From assembly GCA_902571135.1 (NCBI GenBank), contig CACGAU010000006.1:20061-84060 (forward strand): a stretch of 64,000 nt of DNA, read 5' to 3'. Under the pieces are notes generated by a model. It was given only the letters and a program-made list of their open reading frames with translations. It made no database searches and was not told the origin of the DNA. Made by a program: the position numbers and the translations under genes. This DNA is from an uncultured Pelagibacteraceae bacterium (GTDB lineage: Bacteria; Pseudomonadota; Alphaproteobacteria; Pelagibacterales; Pelagibacteraceae). This document shows, one piece after another, positions 42,370-52,929 of this stretch (position 1 is its first letter; each line of letters starts with the position of its first letter).

Positions 42370-43507
42370 GTTTTTGATCCTCAATTTTATAAAAATTAAG
42401 TCTATGATTTATTTTATTATTTTTGATATCGAAAATTCCAATTTTTCCTTTGAATGAATTTTTTCTTTTAAAAATTTTATTTAAACTCTCCACCTTTGAG
42501 TTTAGTGATAGATAATAAACTAAACCAACAAGATCATAACTCAATAAAGATAAATGTGTAGGGTCTTCATTAAATGCGTTAAAGAATTTTATTTTGTAGC
42601 TATCGAAATTTTCTTTATTTATTGATGGGTAGTATAAAGGTTGAATGTCAGTCTCGTTTAATAAACTTTCATCGAACCATTGATTTAAAGTTATAAAATA
42701 TTTATTTTTGGGAAGTACATCAGTATATAAAAGTGATGTAGATACACTTTTTAGACTTTCATCAAAATCTGCAATTACAACAGCATCAAAATTTAACCCA
42801 CCTAAAGTATATCTTTTTTCAAGCCTTTTTATTTTTTTTTCTTTATTTGGCTCATTCGAATTTTTAATCCTTTTTATTTCATCTTCTAAATTTTGTTTTC
42901 TAATTCTATAGTTTGTAATTTCCTCTATTTGTTTTGTTAGTTTTGTGGGCTCTGTATTATATTCATAATCTTTATATATTTTAATTTTTGAATTTTTTAT
43001 TCCTTTTTTAATTTCAAATTCATAATCTTGTATTGGTGTTAAAAAAATAGTTCTTTGTATTTGATTAGTTTCTAAAAATTTTTTTATTGTATTAAATTGC
43101 GATGTAGAATTAATTCCAGCAGAGATTACATTTTTTGGAAGATCTAAAGTTTTATTTGTTAATGATAAAAATGTTAAATTTTTCATTTCATCTAAATAAG
43201 TTAAACTTTCATAGAACACAGGACCAATAACTATTTTTATTCCCATTTCACTTAATTCAAATGCTGATTTTAAAGTTTGGTTAGCTTTAGTTGCTGTATC
43301 CTTTGGATAGATTTCTATCATATCATTATCAATATCTTTGACAGCCAACCCAACTGCTTTAATGATTGACTCTCCAATGCCTTTATTTTCCCCCGTCATA
43401 GGTATCAATAATCCTATCTTAATTTTTTCTTGAGCATTAACAGTTGAAAAAAATAGAAAGTAAAAACTTAAAAAAATAAAATAAATAATTTTAATTAATT
43501 TAATCAT
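42353..43507 (-). CDS. LpoA/LppC-like periplasmic binding-fold protein
   Basis: Signal peptide, KIGLLIPMTG, KDT, IVIGP, F.G..G.F; divergent from rsmI as is typical. Confidence 0.75.
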   Translation of the reverse strand: MIKLIKIIYFIFLSFYFLFFSTVNAQEKIKIGLLIPMTGENKGIGESIIKAVGLAVKDIDNDMIEIYPKDTATKANQTLKSAFELSEMGIKIVIGPVFYESLTYLDEMKNLTFLSLTNKTLDLPKNVISAGINSTSQFNTIKKFLETNQIQRTIFLTPIQDYEFEIKKGIKNSKIKIYKDYEYNTEPTKLTKQIEEITNYRIRKQNLEDEIKRIKNSNEPNKEKKIKRLEKRYTLGGLNFDAVVIADFDESLKSVSTSLLYTDVLPKNKYFITLNQWFDESLLNETDIQPLYYPSINKENFDSYKIKFFNAFNEDPTHLSLLSYDLVGLVYYLSLNSKVESLNKIFKRKNSFKGKIGIFDIKNNKINHRLNFYKIEDQKLIEIF

Positions 43508-43541
43508 TTTGATGCTAATATAATATTTTTTAAGCTAAATT

Positions 43542-44405
43542 ATGATCATAAAACCACAATTTAAATTAAAAGAATACGAAAATGGTCTCTATTTGGTGTC
43601 AACTCCTATAGGAAATCTAAAAGATATAACCTTGAGAGCAATTGAAGTTTTAGGTAAATCTGATTATATCTTATGCGAAGATACTCGTGTATCAAAAAAT
43701 CTTTTAGATAAGTATCAAATAAAATCAAAACTAATTTCTAATCATAAATTTAATGAGAGGAAAAATGTAATTGAGATTATTAAATATTTAAAATCTGGAA
43801 AGATAATCTCCCTAATATCTGATGCAGGCACACCAAGTATCTCTGATCCAGGCTCGATATTAGTAAACGAGTGTATTGATAATGGTATACAAATTTTTCC
43901 TGTACCCGGACCCTCAGCTGTTTCTGCAGCTGTGTCTGTAAGTGGATTTTCAGATAAGTTTTTATTTTGTGGTTTTTTTCCAGAGAAAAAACATCATTTA
44001 CTTAATGAATTAACGAAACTTTCAAAATTAGAAAATACCATTGTTTTTTTTGTTTCACCAAAAAAAATTAATAAAATTATTCCCGAAATAAAAAAAATTT
44101 TTATTGGAAGAAAAATATTATTTTGTAGGGAAATTACAAAAATATATGAGGAATTTATTAGAAAAAATGTGGATGAATTAGAAATATTTGAAAAAGAACC
44201 TAAAGGTGAAATTACAGTTGTTATTTCTGGAAAGAAAGTTGATAAAAAAATCTCACAAAAACTGAATGAATCAGATATGAATGTTATAAAAAAGATGATC
44301 AATAAATTATCTACAAAAGAAATAACTGATATATTGAGTCATGTTACCGATTTACCAAAGAAAGAAATATATAATTATTGTCTAAAATTAAAAAATGAGA
44401 AATAA
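43542..44405 (+). CDS. rsmI: 16S rRNA C1402 2'-O-methyltransferase
   Basis: LYLVSTPIGNL.DIT.RA, CEDTR, SDAGTP.ISDPG, REITK.YEE. Confidence 0.96.
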   Translation: MIIKPQFKLKEYENGLYLVSTPIGNLKDITLRAIEVLGKSDYILCEDTRVSKNLLDKYQIKSKLISNHKFNERKNVIEIIKYLKSGKIISLISDAGTPSISDPGSILVNECIDNGIQIFPVPGPSAVSAAVSVSGFSDKFLFCGFFPEKKHHLLNELTKLSKLENTIVFFVSPKKINKIIPEIKKIFIGRKILFCREITKIYEEFIRKNVDELEIFEKEPKGEITVVISGKKVDKKISQKLNESDMNVIKKMINKLSTKEITDILSHVTDLPKKEIYNYCLKLKNEK

Positions 44406-44988
44406 ATTTATAATATTTATCTTAATAATCCTTATTTTACCTGGCTGTGCCGGTGTAAGTTCTAAAGGTCTTTTTGGTACAGGAGTTTCAGTTGCACTTG
44501 ATCCTAGAACTATTGGCACTCAAATTGATGACTCAATCATGGAAAAAGGTATTACGGCAAAACTTTTGATGATGGATAGTAAATATATTTTATCAATAAA
44601 AACAAAAGTTCTTGATGGAAGAATTTTTATGACTGGAAAAGTAGATACACCGGAAGAAAAATTAAAAATAACAAAAATAGCCTGGGAAACTAGAGGAGCA
44701 AGATCCGTTAGGAATGATATAAAAATTAAGGAAGAATTTAATTTTAAACAATCTGCTAAAGATCTTTTAATTACATCTCAGTTCAGAACTGCATTAATTG
44801 TGAATAAAAATATAAAAGCAACTAACTATCAAATTGATACGTATAAAAAAAAAATATATGTGTATGGAATTGCGTTGACCATAGAAGAAAAAAATCTGGT
44901 TGTTAGTGAAGCTAAAGAGATTCTTGATGTAGAGGACGTTATTGCAAGTATAATTTTAGTCGAAGATTTAAGATATCAAAGAGATTAA
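44395..44988 (+). CDS. BON-domain lipoprotein (DolP/YraP-like)
   Basis: Lipobox LPGC, D.RTIGTQIDD, two BON repeats. Confidence 0.9.
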   Translation: MRNKFIIFILIILILPGCAGVSSKGLFGTGVSVALDPRTIGTQIDDSIMEKGITAKLLMMDSKYILSIKTKVLDGRIFMTGKVDTPEEKLKITKIAWETRGARSVRNDIKIKEEFNFKQSAKDLLITSQFRTALIVNKNIKATNYQIDTYKKKIYVYGIALTIEEKNLVVSEAKEILDVEDVIASIILVEDLRYQRD

Positions 44989-47274
44989 TTACATTTTATA
45001 ATCAATAACTTGAGAAGAATAGGCTGCGATAGACGCTAAGTTAATAATTTCCGAGGTTGATGATCTTAGGGGGGCAATTTCTATTGGTAATCCTAATCCA
45101 ATTAATAAAGGGCCAATAACTTTTGTATCCCCAAAAGTTTTCATTAATTTATATGATATTGCAGCACTATGTTGGCCTGGCATTATTAAAATATTTGCTT
45201 TACCAACTATCTTTGCAAAAGGATAAAGTTCTTCATACTCTGGATTAAGAGCAACATCAGGCTGCATATCTCCATCAAATTCAAAGTCTACTCTCCTTTC
45301 CTTTAATATCTCAACAGCGTTTCGAATATGTTTTGTTCTACTAGTAAGAGGTTGTCCAAATGTAGAGTGGGATACAAAAGCAACTTTAGGATCAAATCCA
45401 AAAAGTCTCACTACTCTTGCTGTAGATATTGCAATTTCAGCCATTTGTTCAGAAGTTGGATATTCATGGACACTTGTATCACCAATAAAAATAGTTCTTC
45501 CTTTATGTACGATCATGTTTAATCCAAACATAATTTCACCTTTTCTTACATCAACAACTTGTTTGATTTTTTCAAAAGAAGCACCAAATCTTCTTGTGTT
45601 GCCAGTTACGGCACCATCAGCATCGCCACAGGCAACCATACTAGTAGCCCAAACAACTCTGTCATTTCTGATCATTCTGTCACAATCTCGTTCTAATAAT
45701 CCTTGCTCTCTTTGTAACTTTTCAAATAAATGTTTAACGTATCTTTTTCTTTTTTCCTCATCTTTTGAATTAACAATTTCAATGTCAAAATTTTCACTAT
45801 AACCTATATTTTTTATTTGCTCTTTAATTTTACTTTCTTTTCCAACTAAAATTGGAATACCTAATTTTGAATTTTTAAATGCTATAGCGGCTTTCAAAGT
45901 ATTTTCATCTTCACCATCAGCAAAGACAATTCTCTTTTGGTTTTTTTTGATAAAGGAGTTTATACCTTGCATTATAGTCACGGTGGGATCTAGTCTTTGT
46001 TTGAGCTGATCTTGATAAACTTCAAAATCATCAATTTTTTTTCTAGCTACTCCACTTTCTATTGCGGCTTTAGCAACTGCAGCTGGTATTACACTAATCA
46101 ACCTTGGGTCAAAAGTAGAAGGAATTATATATTCTTTTCCATAGTGAGGTCTTTCCCCTCCCATTGCTGCAACAACTTCATCTGGAACATCTTCTCTTGC
46201 AAGCTTAGCTATTGCGTTAGCCGCAGCAACTTTCATATCTTCATTTATTGTTTTAGATCTAACATCTAAAGCTCCTCTAAATATGTAGGGAAATCCAATT
46301 AAATTATTTACTTGATTAGGATAATCTGACCTACCAGTTGCAATAATTGCATCATCTCTAACCTCGTTAATTTCTTCTGGAGTAATTTCTGGATCAGGGT
46401 TTGCGCAAGCAAATATAATTGGATTTTTTGCCATTGATTTAACCATTTCTTTTTTTAGGACACCTTTTGCTGATAATCCTAAAAAAACGTCTGCACCTTT
46501 AATAGCATCCTCTAAAGTTCTATGCTTAGTTTTAACTGCATATCTGGATTTCCATTGATCAACTCCCTCAGTTCTTCCCTCGTAAATAACACCCTTTCTG
46601 TCTAGCATTATTATATTTTCAGATTTTACTCCTGAATTTTTAAATAACTCAGTACAAGCTTGTGCTGAAGCTCCTGCACCATTAACTACAACTTTAATTT
46701 TTTTAATTGATTTACCACTTATATCTAAAGCGTTAATTAATGCTGCAGTTGTTATAATTGCTGTTCCATGTTGATCATCATGAAAAACGGGAATATCCAA
46801 AATTTCTTTTAATTTTTGTTCAATTATAAAACAATCTGGGGCCGCTATATCTTCTAAATTTATCCCACCAAAGCTAGGTGCAAAATTTTTAATTGAATTT
46901 ATGATTTCGTTTGAATCTTTACAATCGATTTCTAAATCTATTGAATCGATATCTGCAAATCTTTTAAATAATACGGCCTTTCCTTCCATCACAGGCTTTG
47001 ATGCAAGAGCACCTAAATTTCCCATTCCTAATATTGCAGAACCATTACTTATTACTGCAACAAGGTTTCCTTTACTTGTGTAATCATAAGCTGCTTCTGG
47101 GTTTTCACTTATCTTTTTTACAGGAGCAGCAACTCCTGGAGAATATGCTAAAGCTAGATCACGCTTTGTTGTCATATTTTTTGAAGAAATAATCTCAATC
47201 TTGCCAGGTTTTTTGTCTTTATGAAAATCTAAAGCTTCTTTATCTGTGTAATGATCAATTTTTGTTTTTTTCAT
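44989..47274 (-). CDS. maeB: NADP-dependent malic enzyme with PTA-like domain
   Basis: LAYSPGVA, SKPVMEGKA, NLEDI, FHDDQHGT, C-terminal DGDMQ.D.A. Confidence 0.96.
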   Translation of the reverse strand: MKKTKIDHYTDKEALDFHKDKKPGKIEIISSKNMTTKRDLALAYSPGVAAPVKKISENPEAAYDYTSKGNLVAVISNGSAILGMGNLGALASKPVMEGKAVLFKRFADIDSIDLEIDCKDSNEIINSIKNFAPSFGGINLEDIAAPDCFIIEQKLKEILDIPVFHDDQHGTAIITTAALINALDISGKSIKKIKVVVNGAGASAQACTELFKNSGVKSENIIMLDRKGVIYEGRTEGVDQWKSRYAVKTKHRTLEDAIKGADVFLGLSAKGVLKKEMVKSMAKNPIIFACANPDPEITPEEINEVRDDAIIATGRSDYPNQVNNLIGFPYIFRGALDVRSKTINEDMKVAAANAIAKLAREDVPDEVVAAMGGERPHYGKEYIIPSTFDPRLISVIPAAVAKAAIESGVARKKIDDFEVYQDQLKQRLDPTVTIMQGINSFIKKNQKRIVFADGEDENTLKAAIAFKNSKLGIPILVGKESKIKEQIKNIGYSENFDIEIVNSKDEEKRKRYVKHLFEKLQREQGLLERDCDRMIRNDRVVWATSMVACGDADGAVTGNTRRFGASFEKIKQVVDVRKGEIMFGLNMIVHKGRTIFIGDTSVHEYPTSEQMAEIAISTARVVRLFGFDPKVAFVSHSTFGQPLTSRTKHIRNAVEILKERRVDFEFDGDMQPDVALNPEYEELYPFAKIVGKANILIMPGQHSAAISYKLMKTFGDTKVIGPLLIGLGLPIEIAPLRSSTSEIINLASIAAYSSQVIDYKM

Positions 47275-47326
47275 TTATGATAACAATAAGTGTACAATTG
47301 GGGTAAAATTAAGACTAATATGATTT

Positions 47327-48856
47327 ATGAACTTACTTAAGTCAACAGGCACATTTGGTTTTTATACTATCATTAGTAGATTGCTTGGTTATTTAAGAGA
47401 TATTTTAATAGCAATTTTTCTAGGAACAGGGATGTTGGCGGATGCCTTTTTTGTAGCATTTAGAATTCCAAATACTTTTAGAAGATTATTTGCAGAAGGC
47501 ACTTTTAATGCTGCATTTGTTCCAAGTTATTCATCAGAAATTACCAAGGGAAAAAAACAATCAAACAAATTTGCTAATGATATTTTTAACCTTCTTTTTT
47601 TAGGGTTGTTATTTTTAACAATAATAATTGAAATTTTTATGCCAGCATTTGTTTCTATTATCGCTCCAGGTTTTGTGGGTAATGTAGAAAAAATGCAGGT
47701 ATCTATAAATTTAACAAGAATTACTTTTCCTTTTTTATTTTTTATTTCCTTAGCCTCTTTTTTTTCTGCAATTTTAAATTCACATAATAAGTTTGCAGCT
47801 GCAGCTGCAGCGCCAATAATTTTAAATATTGTTTTAATTTTAGTATTGATTTTTTCTAAATCTTCAGGTGATCAATTAGTTTATTATTTATCTTATGGTG
47901 TTTCTTTTGCTGGTTTTTTACAACTAATATTTTTATATAAATATGTATCAAAATATTACTCACTTAAATTTAGTTTTGAAATAAAAGTAAGTAATAAAGT
48001 TAAATTCTTTTTTAAAAAGCTTTTACCAAGTATTTTTTCATCAGGTGTTACTCAAATTAATATTTTAATTGGCACAATAATTGCATCATTTCAAGCAAGT
48101 GCAGTTTCATATTTATATTATGCGGATAGAATTTATCAAATTAATCTGGCTATAGCTGGTATTGCAATTGGTGTGGTTATACTTCCACAGCTTTCAAAAC
48201 ACATTCAATCTAGAAAAAAAAATAAGATTTTACTTATACAAAACAAAGCTCTTGAATTAAGTTTATTTTTAAGTCTCCCAGCAACTATAGCTTTAATAAT
48301 TGGATCAGAACAAATTATTTCAGCTTTGTTTGGCTATGGTTCTTTTAATGAAAATTCAGTTTATAACTCAAGTTTAGCTTTATATTATTTTGCATTAGGC
48401 CTACCTGCTTTTGCTATGATAAAAGTTTTTTCAAGTTTTTTCTTTGCAAATCATGATACTAAAACTCCATTTTATATTTCTTTAATTTCAGTACTGCTTA
48501 ATATTTTTATTAGCGTTTATTATTTTAGCGAGATTGGTTTTATAATAATTCCAATAGCCACATCCATTTCATCTTGGTTTAATTCAATATTATTGTTTTT
48601 ATTTTTAAAAAATCGACAATTATTTTATTTTAATCAAATTTTTTTTATTAAATTTATTAAAATAATTTTTGCATCAATTATGATGGGTTTATTTTTTTAC
48701 TTTTTGTTAAATTTTTTCCAAAATGAATTAGCATTTAATCAATCTATTAAATCTTTATATTTGGTTTTATCTGTTATATTGGGATTATCGTTTTATTTAA
48801 TTGTGAGTTATTTCATCAAAGCTTTTCAAATGGATGATATTAAATTAAAGTACTAA
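47327..48856 (+). CDS. murJ: Lipid II flippase MurJ
   Basis: [34 protein letters not shown]; many TM helices. Confidence 0.96.
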   Translation: MNLLKSTGTFGFYTIISRLLGYLRDILIAIFLGTGMLADAFFVAFRIPNTFRRLFAEGTFNAAFVPSYSSEITKGKKQSNKFANDIFNLLFLGLLFLTIIIEIFMPAFVSIIAPGFVGNVEKMQVSINLTRITFPFLFFISLASFFSAILNSHNKFAAAAAAPIILNIVLILVLIFSKSSGDQLVYYLSYGVSFAGFLQLIFLYKYVSKYYSLKFSFEIKVSNKVKFFFKKLLPSIFSSGVTQINILIGTIIASFQASAVSYLYYADRIYQINLAIAGIAIGVVILPQLSKHIQSRKKNKILLIQNKALELSLFLSLPATIALIIGSEQIISALFGYGSFNENSVYNSSLALYYFALGLPAFAMIKVFSSFFFANHDTKTPFYISLISVLLNIFISVYYFSEIGFIIIPIATSISSWFNSILLFLFLKNRQLFYFNQIFFIKFIKIIFASIMMGLFFYFLLNFFQNELAFNQSIKSLYLVLSVILGLSFYLIVSYFIKAFQMDDIKLKY

Positions 48857-48860
48857 TTTT

Positions 48861-49862
48861 ATGGGTAAAAAAATTTTCTCTGGTGTCCAGCCAACAGGTA
48901 ATCTTCATTTAGGAAATTATTTAGGCGCTATAAAAAACTTTGTAGATTTAAATAATGATAATGAGAACGAATGTATTTTTTGTGTAGTTGATTTACATGC
49001 TATTACTGTAAGACAAGATCCTAAAGAATTAAAAAATAATATCCGGGAAACTGTTGCAACTTTTATAGCAAGTGGAATAGATCCACAAAAGAGTATAATT
49101 TTTAATCAATCGAGAGTGGCTGCTCATGCAGAAGGAGCATGGATATTAAGCTGTGTTGCTAGAATGGGCTGGTTGAATAGAATGACTCAATTTAAAGAGA
49201 AAGCTGGTAAAGATAAAGAGAAAGCTAGTATTGGATTATACTCTTATCCAGTTCTAATGGCGGCAGATATTCTTTTATATGATGCTACTCATGTTCCTGT
49301 AGGTGATGATCAAAAACAACATTTGGAATTATGTAGAGATATAGCCCAAAAATTTAATAATGATTTTGAAGTAGAAAATTTTCTTCAAGTTCCAGAACCT
49401 CTAATTCAAAAAGAGTTTTCAAGAATAATGAGTTTAAAAGATGGTTCAAAAAAAATGAGTAAATCAGAATTATCAGATTTAAGTCGAATAAATTTAACAG
49501 ACGATAAAGATCAAATAATAAACAAAATCAAAAAAGCAAAAACAGATCCTTTGCCTATGCCACTAGATATAAAGGAGCTTGATGAAAGATTAGAAGCAAA
49601 AAATCTTTTAGGAATATATTCAAGTTTAACTAATTCTACATTAGAAAACTCAGTAAAAAATTTTGCAGGTAAAAACTTTTCAGAATTTAAAGAACAATTA
49701 GCTGAAGAACTTGTGAATAAAATTGAACCTATTTCTAATGAGATAAAAAAACTTTTAGGAGATAAAAGTTATTTAGATAAAATTCTTCTAGATGGAGTTG
49801 AAAAAGCTAATTTAATTGCATCCAAAAAGATTGAAAGAATTAAAGAAATAGTAGGTTTTTAA
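48861..49862 (+). CDS. trpS: Tryptophan-tRNA ligase
   Basis: [34 protein letters not shown]. Confidence 0.98.
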   Translation: MGKKIFSGVQPTGNLHLGNYLGAIKNFVDLNNDNENECIFCVVDLHAITVRQDPKELKNNIRETVATFIASGIDPQKSIIFNQSRVAAHAEGAWILSCVARMGWLNRMTQFKEKAGKDKEKASIGLYSYPVLMAADILLYDATHVPVGDDQKQHLELCRDIAQKFNNDFEVENFLQVPEPLIQKEFSRIMSLKDGSKKMSKSELSDLSRINLTDDKDQIINKIKKAKTDPLPMPLDIKELDERLEAKNLLGIYSSLTNSTLENSVKNFAGKNFSEFKEQLAEELVNKIEPISNEIKKLLGDKSYLDKILLDGVEKANLIASKKIERIKEIVGF

Positions 49863-49914
49863 TAAAAATTTATTATCAAGTTTTAATTTTTAAAATATTC
49901 ACTATATATAATTT

Positions 49915-50457
49915 ATGTTCGTTCAAACAGAAGTAACACCGAATCCAAATTCTTTGAAATTTCTTCCTGGGAAGAAAGTTTCAAACAGTGGTCCTTATGA
50001 AATTACAAATAAAGAAGATATGAAAAATGAATTGGTACGAAACATTTTGTCAATAAATGGTGTTGAGGGCATTTTTTTAGGTCATGATTTTATTTCAGTA
50101 AATAAGAAAGAAAACATTAAGTGGGATGAAATAAAACATATCGTAATTTCTTTAATAAATGATTTTTATGCAGATGGTAAAGAGTTTGTAATTGATGAAA
50201 ATACAAAAGAAGAAGATTTAGATTTAAGTGAAATTGAATCAAAAATTGTAAAAATTCTAGAAGAGAAAATAAGACCTGCTGTTGCTAGAGATGGTGGAGA
50301 TATAAAATTTAAAGAGTTTAAGGACGGAATTGTTAAGGTTCAATTACAAGGGAGTTGTTCAGGCTGCCCTAGTTCAACAATGACTTTAAAACAAGGTGTT
50401 CAAAATCTTTTATGTCACTATTTACCAGAGGTAAAAGAGGTTGTTGCAATACAATAA
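49915..50457 (+). CDS. NifU/Nfu-type Fe-S cluster carrier
   Basis: TPNPNSLKF N-domain; IRPAVARDGGD, GSCSGCPSS. Confidence 0.93.
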   Translation: MFVQTEVTPNPNSLKFLPGKKVSNSGPYEITNKEDMKNELVRNILSINGVEGIFLGHDFISVNKKENIKWDEIKHIVISLINDFYADGKEFVIDENTKEEDLDLSEIESKIVKILEEKIRPAVARDGGDIKFKEFKDGIVKVQLQGSCSGCPSSTMTLKQGVQNLLCHYLPEVKEVVAIQ

Positions 50458-50463
50458 TTAAGT

Positions 50464-51528
50464 ATGAAAAAATTTAGAAAATCAGGTTTTTTAAAAAATA
50501 AGAGCTTTAATATAGTTTCACGGTTTTTTTTAAGTTCTTTTATTGTAATTTCATTCTTTTATGTAGCACCGATAATTATTAATTTTACAGATAAAAATTT
50601 TCAAAACAAAGAATTTACCAATAATTCAAAAAGTATTTTAAATAATACTTTAAATAAAGATAAATTTATTGAGGAAGACTCAACAGCAGATGCTGATGAA
50701 AGAGATTTATTATATGATATTTTAGAGGAAAATAACTCTGAAATTAATTTAGTTAGATATACAACATCTGAGATTGACTCTTTATTTAAAGAGGTAAATT
50801 ATAATTTAAAAGATGTAAGGGATACAAAATTAGTTAAACCAATAGATATTGGTCTTCTTCCGAATGAAATCAAAAACATAGCTAACACTAAAAAAAGAAA
50901 AGATATGTTTATAAAAATTGTTCTCCCTCTAATAGTTAAGGAAAACAATAAAATTAGAGTTGATAGAAAAAGATTATTCACAATTTTAAATAAAAATAGC
51001 AATACTGATATTGAAAAAAAATGGTTAGAAAAAAAGTATAAACAATACGGTGTAAGAAAAAATGATTTATCTACTTTGAAAGTAAGAATGGATGAAATAC
51101 CAGTTTCATTAGCAATAGCTCAAGCTGCTAAAGAAACCGGTTGGGGCACTTCAAGATTTGCTTTAAAGGGAAATGCTTTATTTGGTCAATGGACCTGGTC
51201 TGGAGAGGGGTTAAAACCTAAAAATGCAGAGGAAGGTAAAGATCATAAAGTTATGAAATTTCATAGCTTACAATTATCTGTAAGAGCATATTTAAGAAAT
51301 TTAAATACACACTCAACATATAAAAATTTAAGGAAAGCAAGAACAGAACTTAGAAATCAAAATAAACCTTTAGATAGTTTAATTTTGTCTAAGCATTTAG
51401 ATAAATATGCAGAAACAGGGAACCAATATATAGAGGTCTTACAAAAAATTATTGAACAGAATAATCTAAAAGATTTTGATGAAGCGAGATTGTTGCCTTC
51501 AAGTAAAGACCTAGAAAGTTTAATTTAG
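50464..51528 (+). CDS. Bax-like glucosaminidase-domain protein
   Basis: N-terminal TM; IPVSLAIAQAAKETGWGTSRFA..GNALFGQW, NLNTH..Y..LR. Confidence 0.88.
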   Translation: MKKFRKSGFLKNKSFNIVSRFFLSSFIVISFFYVAPIIINFTDKNFQNKEFTNNSKSILNNTLNKDKFIEEDSTADADERDLLYDILEENNSEINLVRYTTSEIDSLFKEVNYNLKDVRDTKLVKPIDIGLLPNEIKNIANTKKRKDMFIKIVLPLIVKENNKIRVDRKRLFTILNKNSNTDIEKKWLEKKYKQYGVRKNDLSTLKVRMDEIPVSLAIAQAAKETGWGTSRFALKGNALFGQWTWSGEGLKPKNAEEGKDHKVMKFHSLQLSVRAYLRNLNTHSTYKNLRKARTELRNQNKPLDSLILSKHLDKYAETGNQYIEVLQKIIEQNNLKDFDEARLLPSSKDLESLI

Positions 51529-52586
51529 TTTTCTTTTATAGGAAATTGAACCCCAAACCATCTCCATTTTCCATTATCATTCAGAGAGCAATTAATTCTA
51601 CCTCTTCTTGGCTTGAATGGCTCTCTAAATTCAATAGTTAGAGAATTATTAGCAAAATTAGTTTTTGATTTTTCCCAAACATCACCCTCATTAGAATAAC
51701 AATTGATATTAGATAAATTTTTTTGCTCCTTGAAAAATTCAACTTTAAAACTCGGAGGGTTTGTATTTTCGAACAGTTGTTTTTCCTCAGGCAATATTTT
51801 TTTATATTCAAAAGGAAAATAATTTATTATTGATTTAAATCTTTTTATTTCTCCATATTTTTCATTAATTGGAAATCTAGGTAACTCAAATTTATCTTTA
51901 TTTAAATCAATAACACCAGAATGCTGACCAAAAGCATATTTAAAATTTTTAGATATATAGTCTTTCATAAATTTAGAGTATTCACCAAAAGGATATGAGA
52001 ATAGGTTAGGGATATAACCAAGTTCCCTTAGAAAAATTTTATTAGCCGTTTCAATATCTAAAATAAACTCTTCATTGCTTGCATCTATGAGGTATTCATG
52101 AGTATGAGAATGATGTCCTATATTTGCAAATTCATTACCTTCAACCTCTTTAATTTGCTCCCAATTCATGTAACCTCTTTTTCCCACTGGTTCAGTTGAA
52201 ACAAATAAAATAAATGGAATTTTATTTTCTTTTAGATAAGGCCATGCTTCAGTATAAAAAGATTCAAAAGCATCATCGATAGTTATAAGAATTTCTTTTT
52301 TTTGTTTTGGTTTATTAAACTGTTCATCAAAATTATTTGGATTATGAAAATTAAAATCTGAGTTCTGAATAATATTTATATGTTCCTTAAATATATCCAT
52401 TTTAATATTGGTTGAGGGGTACTTATTCTCATTAAAACGGTGATACATAATTGATAGAATTCCTTCATCATTGGAATAGTATTTGATATTATTTTCATCT
52501 GATTTAGAACTGATATTAGAAAATAAAATAATTATGAACAAACTGATAATTGACGTAGCCAGTGAAAAAATTTTTTTAATGATCAT
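51525..52586 (-). CDS. Exported polysaccharide deacetylase (CE4/NodB family)
   Basis: Signal peptide, MYHRF, TIDDA, HSHTH, SYPFGE, LPRF. Confidence 0.9.
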   Translation of the reverse strand: MIIKKIFSLATSIISLFIIILFSNISSKSDENNIKYYSNDEGILSIMYHRFNENKYPSTNIKMDIFKEHINIIQNSDFNFHNPNNFDEQFNKPKQKKEILITIDDAFESFYTEAWPYLKENKIPFILFVSTEPVGKRGYMNWEQIKEVEGNEFANIGHHSHTHEYLIDASNEEFILDIETANKIFLRELGYIPNLFSYPFGEYSKFMKDYISKNFKYAFGQHSGVIDLNKDKFELPRFPINEKYGEIKRFKSIINYFPFEYKKILPEEKQLFENTNPPSFKVEFFKEQKNLSNINCYSNEGDVWEKSKTNFANNSLTIEFREPFKPRRGRINCSLNDNGKWRWFGVQFPIKEN

Positions 52587-52920
52587 AACTAGTAATGATA
52601 TTTATAATATTACTAAAGAGAATACTAAAATTAATTATGAAAAATTAACTTTAATTATTAATGATTTTTTAAATTCTCATCAATTAAAATTGAAAGATAT
52701 TAATACAATTTATTTAAATAGAGGGCCTGGAAGTTTTGCAGGAATAAGAAATTCATTTTCTATAGTTAAAGCATTTAATTTAACTAATAATATTGATTAT
52801 TATTGTTATAGCATTCAAGATTTTAAGGGTGAAAAAGACATAAAATACGAAAATATCCCTCATTTGTGCGATAAATTTAATATTAAAAAAAATTTGATTA
52901 ACCCTATTTATTTAAGTTAA
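52534..52920 (+). CDS. tsaB: Short TsaB-like protein (t6A biosynthesis)
   Basis: LIID, I..N.GPGSFAGIR motif; position upstream of fur-miaB; only about 128 aa. Confidence 0.7.
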   Translation: MNKLIIDVASEKIFLMIITSNDIYNITKENTKINYEKLTLIINDFLNSHQLKLKDINTIYLNRGPGSFAGIRNSFSIVKAFNLTNNIDYYCYSIQDFKGEKDIKYENIPHLCDKFNIKKNLINPIYLS

Positions 52921-52929
52921 AATTATTTT

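Noticed and set aside
47795-47811. GCAGCT x3 repeat in murJ
   Set aside because: Explained by a poly-Ala codon run in a membrane segment
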